Of a DNA stretch of 33,508 nt, positions 25,875 to 33,508 are shown one piece after another. The notes beneath the pieces are model-generated. The model was not told where the DNA came from. It saw only the letters and a program-made list of their open reading frames with translations, and made no database searches. Source of the DNA: Gammaproteobacteria bacterium. Lineage in GTDB: Bacteria > Pseudomonadota > Gammaproteobacteria > UBA4575. Numbering within the stretch: the stretch's first letter is position 1; every line of letters begins with the position of its first letter. Made by a program: the position numbers and the translations under genes. The stretch spans positions 1 to 33,508 of the forward strand of contig JAPUHH010000034.1 in assembly GCA_027297825.1 (NCBI GenBank), read 5' to 3'.

Positions 25875-27095
25875 ATGATTAAAGATAACCTTGCGGGCCT
25901 AAAACAAAGGGTTAGGCTCATGCTGGTAACACACTTTTGTACGGCACTTTGCTGTTGCGGTGCCATTACATCTGATGTGCAAGCCGCTGCTTTACAGCAA
26001 GAAACTGAAAAAAAGCTCGTAAACGTCCAAGCACAAATACAAAAAAGCCAACGTAAGCTTGAGAAAGATCGTGGAGAGGTAGGTCAACTTGAAAAGGAGT
26101 TACGCGAGTCCGAACAACAGATCGGAAAACTCAAACAAAAACTCAAGGCAACCGAAACGAATCTGGAAAATAGCCGGCAGCACATTCAAAGTTTAGCTAT
26201 ACAAAAACAGGCATTACTTGAGAAGCTTGCTAAGTACCGCGGCATTTTGTATGCCCAAATTAGATCGGAATATTTATATGGTGGCAAGGAAAAATTAAAG
26301 CTGCTACTCAATCAACAAGAGCCAAATAATTTATCTCGTACCTTGATTTACTACGATTATTTGCACCGTGCTCGGCTGCGGGAAATTGAGCAGGCGACAG
26401 AAATTTTGCAATCTGTAGCAGAGGTGCAAAATAAAATTGTTGAACATAAAAATATAGCGGTTCAGGCTCAAAGCGAGTTGCTAAATGAAAAACAATCGCT
26501 AGTAGAGCAGCATCAGAAGCGAGAAGCAGTACTTACTAGCTTAAGCGCTAACGTTTCAAGTGAGCAGAGTAGATTGTCATCGCTTGAAAGCGATGAGAAA
26601 AAGTTAAAAGAATTAATTCAAAGCCTACATGAGGCTTTAGCTAATATCCCGATAATTGATCAAGGCCAAGGTTTTGCGAAGCTTAAAGGCAAACTTTTTT
26701 GGCCCGTAGTGGGTAAGCCCAATAATTCGTTTGGGCAAAAACGCAATGCGGCACGCAGCAAGTTAAGTTGGCAGGGAGTATTTATCCCCAGCAATGAGGG
26801 CAATAATGTGCGGAGTATATTTCATGGCCGAGTTGCTTTTGCAGAGTGGATGCGGGGCTTAGGATTGCTGATAATTGTCGATCATGGTGACGGCTATATG
26901 AGTTTGTATGGGCATAATCAAAGTCTTTATAAACAACCCGGCGAATGGGTCGATGCGGGAGATCTTATCGCTACGGTGGGTAATAGTGGTGGCAATACTC
27001 GTTCTGGCTTGTATTTTGAAATTCGCAAGCAGGGTAAGCCGATCAATCCAGCAAAATGGTGTACCCGACCCGCAGCAGCTAGTCGAGCTGGCTAA
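25875..27095 (+). CDS. envC: murein hydrolase activator EnvC (coiled-coil + degenerate M23/LytM domain)
   Basis: 406 aa. Signal peptide, long coiled-coil region, C-terminal LytM domain (GLLIIVDHGDGYMSLYGHN). The start could be Met-16 (25920). Confidence 0.8.
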   Translation: MIKDNLAGLKQRVRLMLVTHFCTALCCCGAITSDVQAAALQQETEKKLVNVQAQIQKSQRKLEKDRGEVGQLEKELRESEQQIGKLKQKLKATETNLENSRQHIQSLAIQKQALLEKLAKYRGILYAQIRSEYLYGGKEKLKLLLNQQEPNNLSRTLIYYDYLHRARLREIEQATEILQSVAEVQNKIVEHKNIAVQAQSELLNEKQSLVEQHQKREAVLTSLSANVSSEQSRLSSLESDEKKLKELIQSLHEALANIPIIDQGQGFAKLKGKLFWPVVGKPNNSFGQKRNAARSKLSWQGVFIPSNEGNNVRSIFHGRVAFAEWMRGLGLLIIVDHGDGYMSLYGHNQSLYKQPGEWVDAGDLIATVGNSGGNTRSGLYFEIRKQGKPINPAKWCTRPAAASRAG

Positions 27096-27297
27096 GTTTG
27101 TTTGTGACTAGAAGGCTTCCAGTGGTCGGTTTACTGCTCCTGCGCAAGCATTTGCGTCTAAGATATAGGCGAAAAGCTAGGTAACCTCAGCTGAGGACCC
27201 TTTTTAGGGAACCTTTTACGTAACGTTTAACCCTAAAGAAGGGTAGCTATATGTATTGCGTATCTAATTTTTCCTTTCATAATGGAGTTATGATCAG

Positions 27298-28632
27298 ATG
27301 GAACAGCCACAGTCAAGGAGGGCGTTGATGAAATATAAGCACCCCATGGGTATCGGGGTACTGTTGGGCATCGTTTTCGGCCTAACTTTAATTTTGGGCC
27401 ATAATGTTTGGGCAGGAAAGCAAAAAATTGCAAGCCTGCCACTTGAAGACTTACGTGTTTTTACGGATGTATACGCACGTAAAAAACAAGATTATGTAAC
27501 CGAAGTTGATGACAGTATGCTTATTGAGAATGCTATTCGTGGCATGTTGTCTGGTCTCGATCCGCATTCGTCTTTTTTGGATGAAGAACAATTTCGTGAA
27601 CTTCAAATTGGAACCTCTGGTGAATTTGGTGGTTTGGGTATTGAAGTTGGCATGGAGAACGGGTTTGTCAAAGTTATTGCGCCCATTGATGACACTCCTG
27701 CAGAACGTGCTGGTGTAAAAGCAGGCGATTTAATTATTAGGTTAGATGGCAAGTCGGTAAAAGGTTTGGCCTTAGGAGAAGCCGTCAAGCTCATGCGTGG
27801 CAAGAAAGGCTCAAAAATTGATTTAACTATTTTGCGTGAAGGCGAGGACAGCCCTTTAAACATCATCATCACACGCGATGTTATAAGAGTACGCAGTGTA
27901 AGAAGCCGCATACTTGAACCAGGTATTGGTTATGTGCGTATTTCTAATTTTCAATCTAAAACGACACGCGGATTGCTAGATGCTGTTGAAAGTTTGAAAA
28001 AGAAAAACAAAGGTGAGCTAAAGGGCTTGGTGTTAGATTTGCGTAACAACCCTGGCGGTGTATTAACAGGAGCTGTTGGCGTTTCTGATGCATTTCTAAA
28101 AGATAATAAGTTAATTGTCTACACCGAAGGGCGTGTGGAAGATTCAGAATTAAGATACAACGCAAGTACAGGTGATTCTATAAATGGTGCGCCGTTAGTG
28201 GTGTTGATTAATCAAGGCTCTGCTTCAGCATCAGAAATTGTCGCTGGTGCAATGCAAGATCATAATCGTGCAACGATTTTAGGCACCACATCTTTTGGTA
28301 AAGGTTCAGTGCAAACAATTTTGCCACTAAAAGAAAACGCGGCATTGAAATTAACCACCGCTCGTTATTACACGCCTGCAGGAAGATCTATCCAAGGCGA
28401 AGGTATTGTTCCTGATGTGCTTTTACAAGTAGAGGATGATGGTGAGGATGAAATCAAATCCTTTTCCTTTAACATGCTTTCTGAAGCAGATTTAGAGGGC
28501 CATCTTGAAAATGATAGTAAGGTGAAAGCAAGAGAGCCAAAGACAGTGGTCTCAATTCCTAAAGCGCTTGAAGGTGATACCACAGACTATGCGTTAGAAG
28601 AAGCGCTAAAAATTTTAAAAGGTACGAGCTAA
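27298..28632 (+). CDS. ctpA: S41 family carboxy-terminal processing protease
   Basis: 444 aa. PDZ domain (GIGLE-like GGLGIEV), catalytic GSASASEI and TSFGKGSVQ motifs. The start could be ATG 27328. Confidence 0.9.
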   Translation: MEQPQSRRALMKYKHPMGIGVLLGIVFGLTLILGHNVWAGKQKIASLPLEDLRVFTDVYARKKQDYVTEVDDSMLIENAIRGMLSGLDPHSSFLDEEQFRELQIGTSGEFGGLGIEVGMENGFVKVIAPIDDTPAERAGVKAGDLIIRLDGKSVKGLALGEAVKLMRGKKGSKIDLTILREGEDSPLNIIITRDVIRVRSVRSRILEPGIGYVRISNFQSKTTRGLLDAVESLKKKNKGELKGLVLDLRNNPGGVLTGAVGVSDAFLKDNKLIVYTEGRVEDSELRYNASTGDSINGAPLVVLINQGSASASEIVAGAMQDHNRATILGTTSFGKGSVQTILPLKENAALKLTTARYYTPAGRSIQGEGIVPDVLLQVEDDGEDEIKSFSFNMLSEADLEGHLENDSKVKAREPKTVVSIPKALEGDTTDYALEEALKILKGTS

Positions 28633-28665
28633 TAAAGCCAAGTAGCTACTTTGTAAATCATCTAT

Positions 28666-29442
28666 ATGGTATGTTTGTATAAACTGATACTAGTTGCTTT
28701 ACTCTTTGTAATACCTTTGCAATGGGTGGGTGCTGAGTCCCCTGCAATTGCTATTATTATCGATGATATAGGCCATAATCTCAGAGCTGGCGAACGTGTT
28801 ATTAAATCCCGTTGGCCAATCGCATGTTCAATTCTTCCCGCACGTCCATATTCCATACAGTTGGCACAAATGGCGCATCAATACGGTAAAGAAGTGCTGG
28901 TGCATCTGCCAATGCAAGCGGAGAATGCGCAACGACTCGGTCATGGAGCATTAACCGTAAGCATGAGCAAATACGAGTTTGCGAGTACGGTAAATACCAG
29001 CATTGATGCAATTCCTTATGCGCAAGGAATTAATAATCACATGGGTAGCTTATTGACACGCGACACGGATCATATGGATGCACTAATGCGAGTTATCGCT
29101 AATCGAGATGACTATCTTTATTTTGTCGACAGTAAGACGACTGCAAACACGGTCGCAGGTAAAATTGCGAACGACTATCATATTCCTAATCTAATGCGTG
29201 ATGTATTTCTTGATACCACCGCTAACGATAAAGAGTTTGTGCGGGGCCAAGTTAAGCGCCTAGTTAATATCGCTAAACAACAAGGTTATGCGTTAGCCAT
29301 TGGCCATCCTTATGACTCCACCTTAGCTGTGCTCGAACAGGAGTTTTCAAAACTGAGTCAGAAGAATATACAATTCGTTTCCGTCAGCGAATTAATTAAA
29401 ATAGCAAAACAGAAGCAATGGCAAACGTACTCATCCCTCTAG
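28666..29442 (+). CDS. yibQ: divergent polysaccharide deacetylase family protein (YibQ-like)
   Basis: 258 aa. Signal peptide, then IAIIIDDIG and NNHMGS motifs typical of YibQ. Conserved envC-ctp-yibQ context. Confidence 0.8.
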   Translation: MVCLYKLILVALLFVIPLQWVGAESPAIAIIIDDIGHNLRAGERVIKSRWPIACSILPARPYSIQLAQMAHQYGKEVLVHLPMQAENAQRLGHGALTVSMSKYEFASTVNTSIDAIPYAQGINNHMGSLLTRDTDHMDALMRVIANRDDYLYFVDSKTTANTVAGKIANDYHIPNLMRDVFLDTTANDKEFVRGQVKRLVNIAKQQGYALAIGHPYDSTLAVLEQEFSKLSQKNIQFVSVSELIKIAKQKQWQTYSSL

Positions 29443-29972
29443 CCCAAGGTTGTGAAGAGCTAGAAGCCGTTACTATCATTGATTTGTTGCGGCGAGCCGA
29501 TATAAACGTCATTACTGCGAGCTTGGATGAAAGACCTGTTACTGCATCACGTGGCACAGTTATTGTTGCCGATACCACATTAGATCAGGTGCTAGATCAA
29601 GAGTTTGACATGGTGGTATTGCCTGGTGGTCTTCCAGGTGCGGATCATTTGAATGCAGATGATCGAATTCATCAACTTTTACAACGCACTGCAAATAATA
29701 ATAAACACATCGCCGCCATATGCGCGGCACCAAAAGTTTTAGCGAGTGCTGGGCTGCTTGAAAATAAAAAAGCCACTGCTTACCCCGGTGTGTTAGAGGC
29801 TCTTGAGCTTGAAAACACCGAAGTTACTACTGCAGTCGTTCAACAAGATGGGAATATCTTTACTTCGCGTGGCCCAGGCACTGCAATGGACTTTGCATTG
29901 GAATTAATTTCTTGTTTAGTGGGGGGCGCAATGCGCAAGCAAGTTGAAGCAGGGCTGCAGCGACCTTCCTAG
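29418..29972 (+). CDS. yajL: DJ-1/PfpI family protein, YajL-like
   Basis: 184 aa. Collinear with E. coli YajL (GCEELEAVTIIDLL, nucleophile elbow AAICAAP, GPGTAMDF). Overlaps the yibQ 3' end by 25 nt. Confidence 0.85.
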   Translation: MANVLIPLAQGCEELEAVTIIDLLRRADINVITASLDERPVTASRGTVIVADTTLDQVLDQEFDMVVLPGGLPGADHLNADDRIHQLLQRTANNNKHIAAICAAPKVLASAGLLENKKATAYPGVLEALELENTEVTTAVVQQDGNIFTSRGPGTAMDFALELISCLVGGAMRKQVEAGLQRPS

Positions 29973-30119
29973 CTCTAATTTTGTCTAGGTAGATTGTCGG
30001 TAGGCTTGACTCGATGCTTGGCGATAAGCGTGGTTCGAGGCGTGAACGGGTTCACAAATTAAACTTCATGAGCTCAATATGATATGCACGCATGAGCCTA
30101 CAGGGAAGCAGGCTTTCAG

Positions 30120-30148
30120 ACCCACGACTGAAAGGCCGTGGGTTTTTT
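30120..30148 (+). terminator. rho-independent terminator (orphan, 150 nt after yajL)
   Basis: acccacg-actgaaaggc-cgtgggt stem-loop followed by TTTTTT. Confidence 0.65.
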
Positions 30149-30555
30149 ATTTGTGCGGTCATAAATCCCATCCTTATCGTAATTTCCTGCATTCTCGATA
30201 AGCCTCAATATCATTGAGGTAAATAACTTAAACGTTGTGATTGTGTGTAATGTTTTACCAACTGCTAGGCATGCGTAATAAAAACTCACCTTTAAGCAAT
30301 AACATAGGTATCTGAAAAGATACTGCTTTTAGACAAGAATTTACTTATAGAACCTAATACAATATATATAGACTAAGTGTTAAGTCATAGATCGGCATAA
30401 CACATAAAACAATAGATCGCGATACATCGCGACGAAAGTTTCAGGAAGGAATGTGCTCTAGTTTTCTAGGGCCACTGAGAATAAGGACATGGTAGGTCTG
30501 CATTGCTGGGCCGAGTCTGCTTCACGTCGTGCTATCGCATCACAAAATATTTGCG

Positions 30556-31122
30556 ATGCAAAAACACGAATCTGGTTTCACATTAATCGAACTGATGATT
30601 GCGCTAGCGGTAGCCGCGATTGTTTTGACCTTGGGCATGCCTAGCTTTGGGCGCATCATGGAACGCAATGGTTTGGCGGTTCAGGTGAATGATTTCATCT
30701 CCTCCCTAAACTATGCGCGCAGCGAAGCCGTTAAGCGAAAACAGAATGTAGTGGTTTGTAGAAGCGATACCACAGTTACACCTTTAAATTGTAATACCGG
30801 TACGGGTTACGAAGATGGCTGGTTGGTCTATATCGATTTTGACCGTGATGGTAGTTTTGATGTGGGTACAGATGAAATTATTTGGACTCATGATGCGCTG
30901 AAACAAGGCATGCAATTTTACGGTGGTGGTAATTACACTAATCGCATTGCATTTAATGCTAAAGGTAGAAGCACACAGAACGGAAGTTTTACGCTTTGCA
31001 AGGATAATGATGCAACCAAGGCACGCGTTTTAGTCGTAGATTCTGGTCGTGTACGGTTAACTGCGATGGGGCCAAATGGTAAGGCTGAAGATTCTAGCGG
31101 TACCGAGCTTATAACTTGCTAA
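30556..31122 (+). CDS. fimU: type IV pilus minor pilin, GspH-domain (FimU/FimT-like)
   Basis: Sequence from ATG 30556 (MQKHESGFTLIELMIALAVAAIV) carries a class III prepilin signal with G/F cleavage site and Glu+5. GspH-like body with Cys pairs. First gene of a fimU-pilVWXY1-type cluster. Confidence 0.8.
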   Translation: MQKHESGFTLIELMIALAVAAIVLTLGMPSFGRIMERNGLAVQVNDFISSLNYARSEAVKRKQNVVVCRSDTTVTPLNCNTGTGYEDGWLVYIDFDRDGSFDVGTDEIIWTHDALKQGMQFYGGGNYTNRIAFNAKGRSTQNGSFTLCKDNDATKARVLVVDSGRVRLTAMGPNGKAEDSSGTELITC

Positions 31123-31646
31123 TGAATATGAAAAATAAAACTAAGGGTTTCACTTTAATGGAAGTGCTGGTGGCTTTGGTGGTGTTATCGATCGGTTTGC
31201 TTGGCATCGCCGGGATGCAGTTATTCAGTTTAAAGAGTAACCAAGATTCGAGCCTGCGTACACAGGCTACCTATATTGCCTACAGTTTAATTGACAAAAT
31301 GCGTGCGAATCGAACTGTAGCCTTAGCTGGAACGTATGATATTGCAGTGGGTACAGGGCCGAGTGGTACGCAAAATTGTTACACAAGTAATTGCACTGCG
31401 ATACAACTCGCAGCCTTTGACCTTAATTTATGGAAATGCGAATTAGGCAATTTTTCCGGCGATGCAATTTGCACCACGACTTTAAATGTAACCCCCGCAT
31501 TACCCCTAGGCGATGGTAGCGTAGTGTTAAATGTATTGAATAACGAGGTCACCATACTGGTGCAGTGGCAGGATAGTGCCAATCGGAAAGATTTGAATCT
31601 AGTTACTACACCGCCGCAATCACTGCAGATCGTGGCGCAGCTCTAG
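31122..31646 (+). CDS. pilV: type IV pilus minor pilin PilV
   Basis: MNMKNKTKGFTLMEVLVALVVLSIGLLGIAGMQ is the characteristic PilV N-terminus. The ATG overlaps the fimU stop. The track start 31116 is a TTG. Confidence 0.85.
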   Translation: MNMKNKTKGFTLMEVLVALVVLSIGLLGIAGMQLFSLKSNQDSSLRTQATYIAYSLIDKMRANRTVALAGTYDIAVGTGPSGTQNCYTSNCTAIQLAAFDLNLWKCELGNFSGDAICTTTLNVTPALPLGDGSVVLNVLNNEVTILVQWQDSANRKDLNLVTTPPQSLQIVAQL

Positions 31647-31651
31647 TCAAT

Positions 31652-32785
31652 ATGAAATTCAGAAAATCGCAAACTGGACTCACCATTATTGAGATTATGA
31701 TTGCATTGCTGCTGAGTCTGTTTTTAATGGGCGGTGTGATCGCAGTGTATTCCACCACCAAACAAACATATCGAATCACAGAAAATTTATCGCGCGTACA
31801 GGAGAGTCTTCGCTTTAGTATGGACTTACTCGCTAAGGATGTTCGCATGGCGGGATATATGCCCTGTCGTTACCAAGCAAACTTATCCAATATTCTCACC
31901 GGCGGCGGTGCTGTTTGGTGGCAAGATTTTTTTAATACAGGATTAGCAGGATTTGAAGGCGGTGTGAGTACATTTCCGGCTTCTTTACCAGCAGTGGGTA
32001 CCAATCCAGGAGACCGTGTGATAGGTGCTGATGCCATCGCGATATTTAAAGGCAGTGAATTTGAAAGCAGTGTATTAGCCCACGACCTTGGGGCTAGAAG
32101 TATTACCCTACAGCGTGACATACCTTCCCCTGCTGCGATAGAAGAAGGTGAGGTTGTAATTGTTTGCGATTCTTTTCAAGCGACGATGCTGCAAATATCA
32201 AACTCTACTCCAATTACGAATCGTATTTTTTATAATGAGACTGCGACGAATATTTCGCCTGGCAACTGTACTGCCGGACTCGGATCGCCAAATACCGTAG
32301 TGTGTGGGGCCCCTGGTAGTGGCCAGCCCTATACCTTTGGTAGTGATGCGCAGGTTGTAAAGTATTCACCAGTTATTTATTACATTCGTGAAAGTGAAAA
32401 TACGCCTGGTGTTAAATCACTTTATCGTGAATTCTTTGAAGCACGATTAACCGCAGGTGTTGAAACTGCAACGATGATAGCAGAAGAATTATTGCAAGGT
32501 ATAGAAACCATGCAAGTTCGATACGGGCATGATACTGATGCAGATGGTGTCGCGAACCAGTATGTTATTGCCAGCGCATTAACTGCAGCGCAGTGGCCAG
32601 AAGTTGTTGCAGTACAAATTGGGCTCATTATGGTTTCAGGTGAAGAGTTGTCTACTAATATTGACACGAGTACTTATAATGTTGCGGGGACTTTAATTTC
32701 TGACAGCAGCACACCTGCACACCCTGCGGATAGAAAACACCGTCAAGTAGTAAACACCACGATTACGATGCGTAATCGAAATTGA
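31652..32785 (+). CDS. pilW: type IV pilus assembly protein PilW
   Basis: 377 aa. Prepilin-type N-terminus QTGLTIIEIMIALLLSLFLMGGV and PilW-like length and position. Confidence 0.85.
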   Translation: MKFRKSQTGLTIIEIMIALLLSLFLMGGVIAVYSTTKQTYRITENLSRVQESLRFSMDLLAKDVRMAGYMPCRYQANLSNILTGGGAVWWQDFFNTGLAGFEGGVSTFPASLPAVGTNPGDRVIGADAIAIFKGSEFESSVLAHDLGARSITLQRDIPSPAAIEEGEVVIVCDSFQATMLQISNSTPITNRIFYNETATNISPGNCTAGLGSPNTVVCGAPGSGQPYTFGSDAQVVKYSPVIYYIRESENTPGVKSLYREFFEARLTAGVETATMIAEELLQGIETMQVRYGHDTDADGVANQYVIASALTAAQWPEVVAVQIGLIMVSGEELSTNIDTSTYNVAGTLISDSSTPAHPADRKHRQVVNTTITMRNRN

Positions 32786-33342
32786 TGTTAACAATGCAAT
32801 TACGTTTTCATAAATCAAAGCAAGTCGGAGCGGTGTTATTTACCGGGCTAATTATTTTAGTAGTGTTGTCACTGGTTGCGGTGACCAGTATGCAAGGCGC
32901 AATACTTGAGGAACGTATGGCCGGTAATAGTAAAGATGAATTTATTGCATTCGAGGCTGCCGAAGCAGCGTTGGTAGCAGCAGAAGCATTGATAACATCG
33001 GGTGCACTGACGCTTACCAATTTCCAAGTAGGGGATACAGACGGCTTGTATAAGAACGATTCGGATACGATTCATCAAGATATTGATTGGGGGTCGGAAG
33101 CTATCGACGTATCTGGATTTAATCCAGCTGAGGTGACTACACCTCCCAAATTTGTAATTCAATATATTTCTGAAACTGCGCCGCCAGGCGAAAATCGAAG
33201 TTTTCGTGATGAGAGCTATGGTGAGCCAGGCTCTTCTTCTATTGGTAACGCAGTGCAATTGTTTCGTGTCACGGCCCGCGGCACTGGGGGCAGTGACGAC
33301 ACTGTAGTATTTCTTCAATCTGTATTTGGTGCGCAGTGGTGA
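32782..33342 (+). CDS. pilX: type IV pilus minor pilin PilX
   Basis: 186 aa. The hydrophobic N-terminus followed by MQGAILEERMAGN is the PilX_N signature. 4-nt overlap with pilW. Confidence 0.75.
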   Translation: MMLTMQLRFHKSKQVGAVLFTGLIILVVLSLVAVTSMQGAILEERMAGNSKDEFIAFEAAEAALVAAEALITSGALTLTNFQVGDTDGLYKNDSDTIHQDIDWGSEAIDVSGFNPAEVTTPPKFVIQYISETAPPGENRSFRDESYGEPGSSSIGNAVQLFRVTARGTGGSDDTVVFLQSVFGAQW

Positions 33343-33508
33343 AGTTTTTAATTCAATTGTGTAATCAAACCTTAATGCTTTACCAATACAACCACTGCGC
33401 AATTAGATACTGTTTAAACAGTACATTGTTGGCTTTGTTATTGTGCTTTGCCATTAACGCGGCGGCATTAGATTTGGATATTGCAGATATTCCATTAGAA
33501 GTCGCACC
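33339..33508 (+). CDS. pilY1: PilY1-like tip adhesin, N-terminal fragment (runs off the window)
   Basis: Open frame from GTG 33339 (GTGA overlap with the pilX stop) or ATG 33375. Signal-like LLALLLCFAINAAA is followed by LDLDIADIPLEV, resembling the start of PilY1 proteins. Position after pilX fits. Confidence 0.5.
   Translation, partial: MKFLIQLCNQTLMLYQYNHCAIRYCLNSTLLALLLCFAINAAALDLDIADIPLEVA

Noticed and set aside
27096-27297. Hairpin-rich 200-nt spacer between envC and ctpA (cctcagctgagg, ccctttttaggg, accctaaagaagggt)
   Set aside because: The stems are only short 4-6 bp without a consistent larger fold, repeat family or clear terminator. The evidence is insufficient to call a feature.
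30085-30125. GGGAAGCAGGC resembling the SRP/4.5S RNA GGAAGCAGCC motif
   Set aside because: The surrounding sequence cannot form the long 4.5S helix, and the symmetric-loop partner sequence is absent.
30529-33508. fimU-pilV-pilW-pilX-pilY1 cluster as a candidate novel system
   Set aside because: This is the standard type IV pilus minor-pilin/PilY1 operon, with canonical prepilin N-termini and coupled overlapping stops and starts. Nothing is atypical beyond the long AT-rich upstream region.

Overview
This window reads as core chromosome of a moderately AT-rich gammaproteobacterium. About 40 protein genes and one tRNA-Thr(CGU) can be supported. The gene blocks are thiO / thiS-(membrane ORF)-thiG-trmB, SulP, prk-FIST-tas-apt, glyQ-glyS-gmhB-plsC, glnA-DUF4124-ntrB-ntrC, class-1 DHOD / trmL, arsR-rhodanese-grxC-secB-gpsA, envC-ctpA-yibQ-yajL, and fimU-pilV-pilW-pilX-pilY1 (cut at the window end). 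This order matches arrangements known from Pseudomonas-like and Thiotrichales-like genomes. I found no transposase, integrase, CRISPR array, phage or recognisable defence genes. The signals worth a second look are in non-coding DNA. (1) Two separate stretches are packed with GGA motifs sitting in short hairpin loops, several matching the CsrA/RsmA binding consensus ACARGGAUGU. One is at 479-626 (+) between two orphan secreted mini-protein genes. The larger one is at about 15620-16061 (-) between glyQ and glnA. Both look like Csr/Rsm-type sponge RNAs or CsrA-controlled leaders. (2) The larger array lies downstream of a near-perfect sigma-54 promoter (CTGGCACAGCCTTTGCT, minus strand). It also follows a 42-codon membrane mini-ORF with an AAGGAGG Shine-Dalgarno, divergent from the sigma-54/NtrC-controlled glnA promoter. 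(3) The SulP/STAS transporter gene is interrupted by a single in-frame TAA inside the STAS domain. Smaller oddities are a 21-codon uORF abutting prk, divergent pyrD-like/trmL start codons sharing one CATG, a YgaV/BigR-type two-cysteine ArsR regulator heading the rhodanese-grxC-secB-gpsA block, and an orphan terminator with a competing hairpin upstream of the pilin operon. All RNA and regulatory calls come from reading the sequence by eye and need covariance-model searches and transcript mapping.
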